This document shows positions 53,666 to 62,600 of a DNA stretch of 64,000 bases, piece by piece. The notes below the pieces were generated by a model. It searched no databases. It had not been told where the DNA came from and worked only from the letters and a program-made list of their open reading frames with translations. Source of the DNA: Candidatus Foliamicus sp. (lineage in GTDB: Bacteria > Pseudomonadota > Gammaproteobacteria > Steroidobacterales > Foliamicaceae). Position numbers and translations under genes: made by a program. Every line of letters begins with the position of its first letter. Within the stretch, counting starts at the first letter, position 1. Location of the stretch: NCBI GenBank assembly GCA_965249285.1, contig OZ252226.1, forward strand, positions 1,256,068-1,320,067, read 5' to 3'.

Positions 53666-54553
53666 ATGCGATTGGAGTGGACCATTACGGCCATTGGCGT
53701 CTTGCTGGCGATCGGCCCTGCGTTTGGCGAGACAAACGGCGCGGAAAACGCAATGCCAATGCGTTCCGGATGGTATGCAGGCGCCGGCCTCGGTGCGAAT
53801 TGGGGATCCACACTCGACCAGGAAGGCTGGAACCGGGAAGGCACCTGCTATCCCGATGAAGCTTGCTGCGACCAGGACCCCATGCCCGCCGTTTCGGGCT
53901 ATCGGTGGCGCTACGACATCGACCTGGACACCGGCGCCGCGTTCGAGATTTATGCCGGGCGTATTTTCGGGCGTACCCGCCTGGAGTTGGCTTTCTCTCA
54001 GCATAAGAACGACGCCACGCAGGTGTTCAAGGGCATCAGTTACTACGACGGTTCACCCATTCTCCCGCGTTCCGGCGGGACCGTATCGTCCGGAAGCCAG
54101 GCCTACGTCGATAATTTCAACGCCCGTTCGATCCTGCTGAATGCCTGCTACGACTTCCCCAACGCCTGGGGCCGGATTACCCCCTACCTGGGCGCCGGCC
54201 TGGGCGTGGCTTCCCTGGAGATGGGGGGAGTGTATTTTTCCAGCGATTACCGGGACTCGGCGGGTGCGACCTACGATCCGCCGCTGTCCTACTACAACTC
54301 CACCCAGAACGGCGATTTCCGCGAGACGCGGTTTGCCTGGCGACTGTACGCCGGCGCCGACTACCACGTGGGCTTGAACCTGCTGCTGGGACTGAAACTG
54401 ACCTACGCTGCAAGTGGCGATTTTGAAGACTCAGGGAGGTACGACACGCACCCCTTTCACGCGCAGGATCCCGACTTCACCAACACCAACCGTTTCGGCG
54501 GCCCGCGTGACCTCACGCTGGCGGTTATGGTCAAGCGACTTCTCGGACGCTGA
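53666..54553 (+). CDS. Outer-membrane beta-barrel protein (OmpA-beta-barrel/opacity-like)
   Basis: The ATG at 53666 follows GAGAGGGGGG. There is a signal peptide (MRLEWTITAIGVLLAIGPAFG), alternating aromatic/Gly beta-strand patterns (WYAGAGLGANWG, RLYAGADYHV) and a beta-strand-like C-terminus. Confidence 0.75.
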   Translation: MRLEWTITAIGVLLAIGPAFGETNGAENAMPMRSGWYAGAGLGANWGSTLDQEGWNREGTCYPDEACCDQDPMPAVSGYRWRYDIDLDTGAAFEIYAGRIFGRTRLELAFSQHKNDATQVFKGISYYDGSPILPRSGGTVSSGSQAYVDNFNARSILLNACYDFPNAWGRITPYLGAGLGVASLEMGGVYFSSDYRDSAGATYDPPLSYYNSTQNGDFRETRFAWRLYAGADYHVGLNLLLGLKLTYAASGDFEDSGRYDTHPFHAQDPDFTNTNRFGGPRDLTLAVMVKRLLGR

Positions 54554-54621
54554 TCAGCAAGACCAGCACCACGGAATTCGTGCAGAATTACAGTGCGCAC
54601 CAGGAGGGAGGGGGGTTCTCC

Positions 54622-56385
54622 ATGAGCGTTAAATCCGGCAATCACGCCACCAACGTCCGCTACGAGCCCGACGATCAGCTTCCCAGGCCGCTTGCCGTGG
54701 GCCTCGGCCTGCAATTTGCGGTGCTGTGCATTGCCGGGATCGTGCTCACTCCGGCAATTGTGATCCGGGCCGGCGGCGGTAGCGAATCCTACCTGTCGTG
54801 GGCGGTATTCGCCGCGGTCGCAATCAGCGGCATTACCACGCTATTGCAGGCTATCCGGGTTGGCCGTTTCGGGTCGGGTTACGTGCTGGTCATGGGCACG
54901 TCAGCTACCTTTATCGCGGTATGCATCGCCGCAATCAAGCAAGGCGGCCCGGCGCTCCTGGCCACCTTGGTGTTGGTGTCTTCCCTGTTCCAGTTCGTGC
55001 TTTCGGGCCGGCTCTCGCTGCTGCGCCGCATTCTCACCCCAACCGTGTCGGGAACCGTAATCATGCTGATCGCGGTTACGGTCATGCCGGTAGCCTTCGA
55101 CATGATCGAGGATGTGCCGCAGGACACGTCGGCACTGGCGGCGCCCCTGAGCGTGGTTGTTACCCTGCTGTTCATCCTCGTTATCGCGCTTAGGGGAAGG
55201 TCGGCGCTGCGCCTGTGGGCCCCAATGATCGGCGTTGTGGCGGGCTCGCTGATTGCCGGATATTTCGGCATATACGACATGGCCCGGGTCGCCGAGGCAG
55301 CTTGGATCGGATTGCCCCAGGGCGATTGGCCGGGACTCGATCTTCAATTCGGGCCGGCATTCTGGGCGCTGCTTCCCGCTTTTGTCTTTGCGACCTTAGT
55401 CGGCGCCATCGAGACGATCGGCGATGGTCTGGCTATCCAGCGGGTGTCATGGCGCAAACCTCGGGCGCCCGATTTTCGGGCCGTTCAGGGCGCGGTGGGC
55501 GCCGACGGAATAGGCAACCTGTTGTCGGGCCTCGCCGGGACCGTGCCGAACACCACCTATTCCACCAGCGTCTCGGTCACCGAACTTACCGGCGTCGCCG
55601 CCCGCAGCGTCGGGATCGCGGTTGGGGTGGTGTTCATGTTGGTCGCCTTTCTGCCCAAGGCCCTGGCCTTGGTCCTGGCAATACCCGGGCCGGTCGCGGC
55701 GGCCTACGTCATTGTGCTCATGGCGATGCTCTTCATCGTGGGGACAAAACTGATCATCCAGGACGGGATGAACTACCGCAACGGCTTGATCTGCGGAGTC
55801 TCTTTCTGGGTGGGAACCGGGTTTCAGGCCGGCGTGATATTCCCGGAATTTTTCTCCGGGTTCGCCGGCGGCATGCTGGAGAACGGAATGACCGCCGGTG
55901 GCTTGACGGCCGTTCTGATGACGCTGTTCGTGGAACTGACCGCGCCCCGGCGCAGCCGGATGCAGGCGGACTTCGGCGTCTCGGCGTTACCCCAGATCAT
56001 GAAATTTCTCCAGACCTTCGCGGCCCGCAGCGGCTGGGGAAAGGCGATGACCAGCCGCCTGGAAGCCGCCAGCGAAGAAACGCTGCTGACGCTGCTGGAT
56101 CATCGCGGCGAGGAAAAAAACGCAAAGCGCCGCTTGCTGCTGATTGCGCGCAAGGAGGGAGGCGAAGCGGTGCTGGAGTTCATCGCCACGCCCGGCGAGG
56201 GGAACGTGGAGGATCGTATTGCATTGCTCGCCGAACAGACTTCCTCGGTTGCCGTCGAACAGGAAGTATCGCTTCGCCTGCTCCGTCATCTCGCGTCTTC
56301 GGTGCACCACCAGCAATACCACGATACCGACATCGTGACCATTCAAGTGGATGCCCCAAAAGGGAGTAGCGCCGGTGAAGCCTAG
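54622..56385 (+). CDS. NCS2/xanthine-uracil-permease-like transporter fused to a cytoplasmic C-terminal domain of about 140 aa (copy 1)
   Basis: The ATG at 54622 follows GGAGGGAGGGGGG. The polytopic region is NCS2-like (GLQFAVLCIAGIVLTP..., VTELTGVAARSVG). The C-terminal soluble domain starts near SALPQIMKFLQTFAARSGW. Confidence 0.75.
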   Translation: MSVKSGNHATNVRYEPDDQLPRPLAVGLGLQFAVLCIAGIVLTPAIVIRAGGGSESYLSWAVFAAVAISGITTLLQAIRVGRFGSGYVLVMGTSATFIAVCIAAIKQGGPALLATLVLVSSLFQFVLSGRLSLLRRILTPTVSGTVIMLIAVTVMPVAFDMIEDVPQDTSALAAPLSVVVTLLFILVIALRGRSALRLWAPMIGVVAGSLIAGYFGIYDMARVAEAAWIGLPQGDWPGLDLQFGPAFWALLPAFVFATLVGAIETIGDGLAIQRVSWRKPRAPDFRAVQGAVGADGIGNLLSGLAGTVPNTTYSTSVSVTELTGVAARSVGIAVGVVFMLVAFLPKALALVLAIPGPVAAAYVIVLMAMLFIVGTKLIIQDGMNYRNGLICGVSFWVGTGFQAGVIFPEFFSGFAGGMLENGMTAGGLTAVLMTLFVELTAPRRSRMQADFGVSALPQIMKFLQTFAARSGWGKAMTSRLEAASEETLLTLLDHRGEEKNAKRRLLLIARKEGGEAVLEFIATPGEGNVEDRIALLAEQTSSVAVEQEVSLRLLRHLASSVHHQQYHDTDIVTIQVDAPKGSSAGEA

Positions 56386-56455
56386 CGGCGCCAACCTTGT
56401 GTGTTCGGTTTGGGCACGCGGCAATGCCTGATGCAGCGCTTACGCGGGCCAACCC

Positions 56456-58234
56456 GTGGGGGCTGCCAAAGGGGCGGCTAGCGACCGCAATCAGCCCGTG
56501 ACTATTCGCTACCAACCGAACGAGAGGCCTCCCCTGCCGCTCGCTCTTGGCGCCGGCCTACAGCGCGCGATGCTCAACATCTCGGGCATCGTCTTGATTC
56601 CAACCGTCATTGTGCGGGCCGCCGGCGGGACCGATGCAATGCTGGCATGGGCCGTGTTTGCCTCAGTCGCGATCAATGGCGCCACAACGATCCTGCAAGC
56701 GGTTCGCCTGGGCCGGATCGGATCGGGTTATCCGCTCGTGATGGGCGCATCCGGAACTGCCATCGCGGTGAGTGTTACAGCCGTCGCGGAGGGCGGTTTG
56801 GCGATGCTCGCCACTCTCACCGCCTTTGCATCGCTCTTGCAGTTTGCGCTTTCCGCGCGCCTGTCGCTGTTCCGCCGGGTCTTGACCCCGACAGTGGCGG
56901 GCACCTTCGCCATGCTCCTGCCGGTGACCGTGACCCCTGTCGCTTTCGATTTGCTCAAGGATACGCCCAGCGACGCCTCCAGCTTCGCCGCTCCGCTAAG
57001 CGCTCTGACCGCCGCACTCGTTATCGTCTGCGTTGCCCTTAAGGCATCCGGCGCATGGCGTCTTTGGGCGCCCGTAATCGGCATCGGCGCCGGCGCTGCA
57101 GTTGCGGGGCTGTTTGGTGTCTACGATGTGGATCTGGTCGCCAACGCTTCCTGGGTAAGCCTTCCTAAAGCCGGGTGGCCAGGCCTTGATCTCGAATTCG
57201 GGCCGGCTTTCTGGTCGCTGGTTCCGGCATTCGCGTTGGTGAGCGTGATTACCTCCAGCCAAGCAATTGGCGCTTCGATCCTCATGCAGCATGTGTCCTG
57301 GCGCAAGCCCAGGGCGGTCGATTTTCGAGCGGTTCAGGGCGCCGCCGCCGCGCATGGAGTCGGCAACCTGCTTGCCGGTCTCATGGGGACAGTCCCGAAC
57401 GTGGTCAGGACCGGCAGCGCGGCGGTCACCGAGCTTACGGGAATAGCCGCTCGCGGCGCCGGAATCGCCACTGGCGCAATAATCTTTGCTCTGGCGTTTC
57501 TCCCCAAGACGCTTGCCGTTATCCTGGCAGTGCCCGGCCCTGTTATCGCAGCCTTTCTCATCGTCATCATGTCCTCGCTCTTTTGGGCCGGCATACGGAC
57601 GGTTTTCCGTGGCGGTCTGGACTATCGCAGGGGCCTGATTTGCGGGACCTCATTCTGGATCGGAGTCGGCTTTCAGAACGGCGTGATTTTCCCCGAGTAT
57701 TTCTCGGAGTTCGCCGGAGGCATGCTGGAAAACGGAATGACGGCCGGCGGCCTGACGGCCTTACTGATGACTCTTTTCGTGGAGTTGACAGGCCCCCGCC
57801 GCAGGCGGCTTAAGGCCGTGTGCGATGTCTCGGCCCTTCCCCAGATCAGGAAGTTTCTCCAGACCTTCGCCTTGCGCAGCGGCTGGGACAAAGCGATGGC
57901 GAGCCGCCTGCAAGCGGCCAGCGAAGAAACGCTGCTGACACTGCTCGAACATCGCGGCGAGGAACAACACGCCGAGCGCCGCTTGCTGCTGATCGCGCGC
58001 AGGGAAGGCGGCGAAACGGTATTGGAGTTCATCGCCACGCCCGGCGAAGAAAACATGGAGGATCGCATTGCGCTACTCCCCGAGCAGGTCTCCTCCGTTG
58101 CCGTGGAACAGGAAGTGTCGGTTCGCCTGCTGCGTCATCTCGCCTCTTCCGTGCACCACCAGCAATACCACGACACCGATATCGTGACCATTCACGTGGA
58201 AGCCCCAAAAGGGAGTAGCGCCGGTGGCGCCTAG
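56456..58234 (+). CDS. NCS2-like transporter with C-terminal domain (copy 2, tandem paralogue)
   Basis: GTG start as given by the track. It is collinear with copy 1 over its full length, and the C-terminal domain is nearly identical. Confidence 0.75.
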   Translation: MGAAKGAASDRNQPVTIRYQPNERPPLPLALGAGLQRAMLNISGIVLIPTVIVRAAGGTDAMLAWAVFASVAINGATTILQAVRLGRIGSGYPLVMGASGTAIAVSVTAVAEGGLAMLATLTAFASLLQFALSARLSLFRRVLTPTVAGTFAMLLPVTVTPVAFDLLKDTPSDASSFAAPLSALTAALVIVCVALKASGAWRLWAPVIGIGAGAAVAGLFGVYDVDLVANASWVSLPKAGWPGLDLEFGPAFWSLVPAFALVSVITSSQAIGASILMQHVSWRKPRAVDFRAVQGAAAAHGVGNLLAGLMGTVPNVVRTGSAAVTELTGIAARGAGIATGAIIFALAFLPKTLAVILAVPGPVIAAFLIVIMSSLFWAGIRTVFRGGLDYRRGLICGTSFWIGVGFQNGVIFPEYFSEFAGGMLENGMTAGGLTALLMTLFVELTGPRRRRLKAVCDVSALPQIRKFLQTFALRSGWDKAMASRLQAASEETLLTLLEHRGEEQHAERRLLLIARREGGETVLEFIATPGEENMEDRIALLPEQVSSVAVEQEVSVRLLRHLASSVHHQQYHDTDIVTIHVEAPKGSSAGGA

Positions 58235-58239
58235 GAGTG

Positions 58240-58423
58240 GTCACAGCGGTTCCCGCTGCGCTGACCGCAGGGAACACGCTGGGAACGAGGGCTTCCAGCC
58301 CTCGGCGAGGGCAAGATGCCCTCGTTCCCGGGTTGTTCCATGCAAGTGTTCACCACGGTTCCCGCGGCGCTGGCCGCAGGGAACAAGCGCTGGATTTTCC
58401 CACCTTTTGTTCCATGCAAGCGT
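58240..58423. repeat. Composite REP cluster (B, A, C, B-variant, C)
   Basis: Sequence gtcacagcggttcccgctgcgctgaccgcagggaac + ctgggaacgagggcttccagccctcggcgagggcaagatgccctcgttccc + gggttgttccatgcaagtg + ..ggttcccgcggcgctggccgcagggaac.. + ttgttccatgcaagcg. Confidence 0.85.
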
Positions 58424-58578
58424 GCGCCATAGAAGGCTGGTCGCACCTCGGGGTGGAAAATAGCCCCTAAAAGGACAGCAGAAAGAGTCTCGTGGTGGGG
58501 AACAGCGTCTTACTTCTGGGCATATGTGAGGTTCTTGTCCCAACACAATTTTCTACGGCGCAGGCATACTAGCACGTA

Positions 58579-60363
58579 GTGCTTGCCAAACCAGCATCTT
58601 CATGCAGCCCCGCGGGCGCGCTACCCCTGGCCTGCTTCAGCGCCCTGCTCTTGGCCGCTTGCGGAGGGGGTGGCGGCGATTCCTCCGGGCCCCTGCCACC
58701 ACCACCACCACCACCGCCTCCGAATACGGCTCCGACGATTTCCTCCACGGAAATCACATACACAGGCGAGCTTTTGGCCGAGGGCGTGACCTACTTGAAC
58801 GCCGGCGACACGGTGACCGTAGAACTCACCTTCAGCGAGTCCATCGCGAACTCGGCAACCGTGCAGTTCCTGGACGGCACAACCAACCTCGGCAGCGCAG
58901 TCACGTCGACGCGCAACAGCGCCAACACGGAGCACACGGCCACCTACACGGTAGTCAATAGCGACACCGTTGCCTCGGGCAACCTGAAATACGACGTGAC
59001 CAACGAGAGCCAGCTTACCGACAGCGCGGGCACTGCGCTGGCGGACCGGGCTGCCGCAGACATTTCCAACACCGCCATCGACACAACGGCGCCTACCGTG
59101 GCAAGCATCGCCGGGCGGGGCAGTGTTCAGTTTGGCGCTTTTGAAGTCACCGTTACTTTCAGCGAGGACGTCACCGGCTTTGATAGCGCGGAGGACTTGC
59201 TGGTAACCGGCGGTACTGCGGAAGGCCCGGCGGCCGACGGCGGCAGCAAGACCCGCTACACCGCAACGGTGACGCCGGCTGCAAGCGCCGCAAGGGTGAC
59301 CGTGCGCGTGCCCATGGCCGCTGCCGCGGACCTGGCCGGAAACGACAGCACCGCCTCGGCCGATGGCGACACATTTTCGGTATCGGTAGGCTCCGAACCG
59401 GCCTGGGAAGTGATTCGGCCCGGTGGAGACACCCAGTGCGCGGACGGCAGCGATTTCCGCTTCTTTGTGCGCAAGAACGACCCCGCGCGGCTGCTCTTCT
59501 TCCTGCAGGGCGGCGGCGCCTGTTGGTCGCGCTCTACCTGCGATCCCGGTTCCTCAACCTACATCAACAACCTCGACGATTTCGATTCCATAGATGATCT
59601 GCGGACTCAAGGCATCTTCGACTACGACCGCGCACAGAATCCGTTCCGCAACCACTCGGTCGTGTTCGTTCCCTATTGCACAGGCGACGTGCATTTGGGC
59701 GACAATGACCGAGACTACCCGGGCACCGATGGCTCCTCGCTCACGATCCAGCATCGCGGCTTCGCCAACGGAATGGCGGCGGTCGAACACGCCGCCGAAA
59801 CCTTCGGCGCGCTTGATTCCATCTTTGTGAGCGGGTCCAGCGCCGGGGCGATCCCATCTCCCTACTACGCGGTCAAGCTCGCCGAGCGCTACCCGGACGT
59901 GCCGGTTGCGCAACTGGGTGACGGCGCCGGCGGGTATGGAAGGTCCCAAACACAAAGCGATAGCTGGGGCACCTTGCAGTACCTCACCCAAACGCCAGCG
60001 TTTTCCCAGCTGACGTCCGCTACGTTCGACTTTCAGCAGCTGTATATTGCCGCCGGCAAGGCCTACCCCGAGTTTCGCCTGGCCCGCTACGACGCGGAAG
60101 AAGATGGGACCCAAAGGTTGTTTCTGTCCCTCGCGGGCCTGCCCGTAAGCAGCCTGCGTCCATCGCTGGACGCCAACAACGCTGAAATCCGCGCGGAAGT
60201 AACCGATTTCAGGGAGTTTATCGACTGCGGGACCAGCCACACCATTCTGGCCTATCCACGGTTCTACACTGCCTCCGTGTGTGCAACCAACTTTCGGGAC
60301 TGGGTCGCCGACCACGCCGAACGCAAGTCCATCCAGGACCGTTCCTGCGGGAACTGCCAATAG
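58579..60363 (+). CDS. Secreted lipoprotein: poly-Pro linker, Ig-like repeat region, C-terminal pectin-acetylesterase/Notum-like (PAE family) hydrolase domain
   Basis: GTG start, lipobox LLLAAC, then GGGGGDSSGPLPPPPPPPPPN. The middle has repeated T/V-rich beta segments (TVTVELTFSE, FEVTVTFSEDV, YTATVTP). The C-terminus has LLFFLQGGGACWS, VFVPYCTGDVHLGD and FVSGSSAGA, which resemble PAE motifs. Confidence 0.65.
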   Translation: MLAKPASSCSPAGALPLACFSALLLAACGGGGGDSSGPLPPPPPPPPPNTAPTISSTEITYTGELLAEGVTYLNAGDTVTVELTFSESIANSATVQFLDGTTNLGSAVTSTRNSANTEHTATYTVVNSDTVASGNLKYDVTNESQLTDSAGTALADRAAADISNTAIDTTAPTVASIAGRGSVQFGAFEVTVTFSEDVTGFDSAEDLLVTGGTAEGPAADGGSKTRYTATVTPAASAARVTVRVPMAAAADLAGNDSTASADGDTFSVSVGSEPAWEVIRPGGDTQCADGSDFRFFVRKNDPARLLFFLQGGGACWSRSTCDPGSSTYINNLDDFDSIDDLRTQGIFDYDRAQNPFRNHSVVFVPYCTGDVHLGDNDRDYPGTDGSSLTIQHRGFANGMAAVEHAAETFGALDSIFVSGSSAGAIPSPYYAVKLAERYPDVPVAQLGDGAGGYGRSQTQSDSWGTLQYLTQTPAFSQLTSATFDFQQLYIAAGKAYPEFRLARYDAEEDGTQRLFLSLAGLPVSSLRPSLDANNAEIRAEVTDFREFIDCGTSHTILAYPRFYTASVCATNFRDWVADHAERKSIQDRSCGNCQ

Positions 60364-60376
60364 CCAAGGAAACGAA

Positions 60377-61243
60377 ATGAGCAAGTTTGCCAAGATCATG
60401 TCAGTAGGCGCGCTGGCGGGAGCGTGCATTTCGGCCACAGCGGGCGAAATACATACGGAAATTTACGCCGAGGGCGCCACCGGCGAAGGCTCGAAAGTCC
60501 TCTACTGGGACATCTACGCCGCCGTGGCCCCAAGCGAAGGACAAGCGCTGGTTCTGCTGCACGGCGGCGGCTGCCGGAGCGGATCACGAACCGACCCGCA
60601 TCTGGTTGAACTGGCGCAGCAGCTGGCGCTGGACGGTATCACCGTTGTAAGCCCCGACTATCGTTTGCTTGCCGACAAACCCGCGCCGGAACCGGGCTCC
60701 ATAGCGAGCATGGCGGAAGCGGCCACGGATGTCTGGCTTCCCCGCATCGAGGCAAGCGGAAACAGCGGGGAGGGCGCACAGGAAATCCTTCAGACTCGCG
60801 TCACCGCGTGCGCAGCAGCGGCTGAAGACGCCCTGGCAGCCTTGCGCGCCCTTCGCAACCGGGCGCCGGAGCTTGGATTGGACCCCGAGCGCATCGCCCT
60901 TGGCGGCTCATCGGCCGGCGCAATCGCTTCTCTTGTGGCGGCCTACGAACTGGCCTCGGACGATGAACGCCCGTGGGCGGTCATTTCCCTGTGGGGAGCA
61001 GCTCCCGGACTCCCCTTCACCCACGGAGGCCCGCCGCTGTGGGCGCTGCATGGGGCGGAAGATTCCATAGTGACTTTGGCAGCGGCAACCACAACCGCGA
61101 ACCGGGCACGCCAGGCCAACGTATGGGCCACGCTTAATGTGCAGCAGGAAGCAGGCCACGGCTGGAGCGAGGTGGACCTGCTTGAAACCGGGCCCGACGG
61201 CAAGACGCACTACCAATCACTGCTCGACTTCCTGCGCATGTGA
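60377..61243 (+). CDS. Secreted alpha/beta-fold esterase/lipase
   Basis: The ATG at 60377 follows AAGGAAA. Signal peptide MSKFAKIMSVGALAGACISATAG, oxyanion-type LVLLHGGGC, and nucleophile elbow GGSSAGA. Confidence 0.8.
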   Translation: MSKFAKIMSVGALAGACISATAGEIHTEIYAEGATGEGSKVLYWDIYAAVAPSEGQALVLLHGGGCRSGSRTDPHLVELAQQLALDGITVVSPDYRLLADKPAPEPGSIASMAEAATDVWLPRIEASGNSGEGAQEILQTRVTACAAAAEDALAALRALRNRAPELGLDPERIALGGSSAGAIASLVAAYELASDDERPWAVISLWGAAPGLPFTHGGPPLWALHGAEDSIVTLAAATTTANRARQANVWATLNVQQEAGHGWSEVDLLETGPDGKTHYQSLLDFLRM

Positions 61244-61539
61244 TCCGCAGGTTTTTCGGCTCCACGTGGGCAATGCTGCCGGAGACGCCGTAACGCACAA
61301 CCGCCCACGACCTCCGCACGCTTATCACACCCCGACCGCCTGCAACTTCCGCACGCTTTTCGTGCCTCGACCGCCCTACAGATCGTTTCAAGCGGCGTCA
61401 TCCCGACCCAATGAAAGTCTATTTACCATTTGGTCGGACCAAATGTAAATTACGCCTATGATTCGGGCCCCACGCCGTGCATGTTCTGCGTCCGTTCCGC
61501 GGAGGAACGAGCGGAGAGTTCGTGAGCCGGGTCCAAGTG

Positions 61540-62030
61540 CTACGCCTTCGACACGGGCTTCGTGACCTTTGAAAAAGCCTCGAGCCTGCGTGGTGCGTCG
61601 AAATGAAATGGTCGGATCAGGTTGCAGGACATCCGTAAGCACTTCAAAGCCTGACGTCGTTCTCGCGGCGGCATCCCCGAGCGAATTTGCTGATTACTAC
61701 ACGCACCCGCTTTGCGGAGAACTTTGGCTGGGGCCAGGAGGCGCGTCTTGATCTGTTGCCTACCAGCTTGTACTGCTTCGCCGTCGGGCATCGCGCAGTT
61801 CACGATCCCACGGCCGATACGCCATTTTTTGCACTTGCACACGATTGACGCACTGCCCTGCTTCCATCACCAGTGAGCCTATCAGGCGCAAATAGCCGCC
61901 GTTCCCATACAAACACCGTCGGGTGGCTCAGACCCACACTGCGCGCGATCCGCCGAACGCTCAACCCCAACTCCCACTTCTGACGCAGAATTTCTCTGAC
62001 TTGACGCATGGATAATCTCGACCTGGGCAT
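61540..62030 (-). pseudogene. IS21-family transposase (IstA-like) N-terminal remnant, frameshifted and truncated
   Basis: The 61800-62030 frame gives SMRQVREILRQKWELGLSVRRIARSVGLSHPTV, which matches the IstA HTH consensus as I recall it. The reading then breaks, and a second frame (61540-61842) carries ...AMPDGEAVQ.... There is no intact catalytic domain and no istB. Confidence 0.5.
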
Positions 62031-62600
62031 CTGCCGAATCCTCTTGTTGAAAAGGCGGCAGAGTACTCAGCCCGTCATCCGCGCCGAAACCTCCAAGGCG
62101 GTAACTTTGCCGTGGAATCAGTGGTAGCTTCCGCGTGGAATACGCAGTCGCGCCCAGAGCCTTGGCATGCACGGCAATCAGCAGATCGTTTTGGCCGATA
62201 GGTTGCTCGGTTCGTTCCAGGCCTATGCCTTGAGTCTCAGCTCGTCAAGTCAGAATAATGTGCGGTTAAGCACAAACGTGGATCGCACAGCTTGGCAAAA
62301 CCCGTTTGACCGATGTCCTGAACGACTCTCGATCCCGTGGTTGGCATAGAGTTGAACGGCGTTGGTGACTCGCATATAGAATTGAAGTAACGGATGTCGC
62401 CGCATGGAAATGCAAGCTGCGGGTCATGAGAGCAAGCAAGATGCAGAAACGGCATGGGATGCCCGGATCGAGAGCGTGAGAAGAATCTCAACCGTGCGCC
62501 GCCGAATAGAACAATCAGTCGAATCGGGCACACACAAGCGTGATCCCCTGGAAGGGTTCGCAGGCTCACGCAATGTAAACACTCAACACGCGTAATCCAA

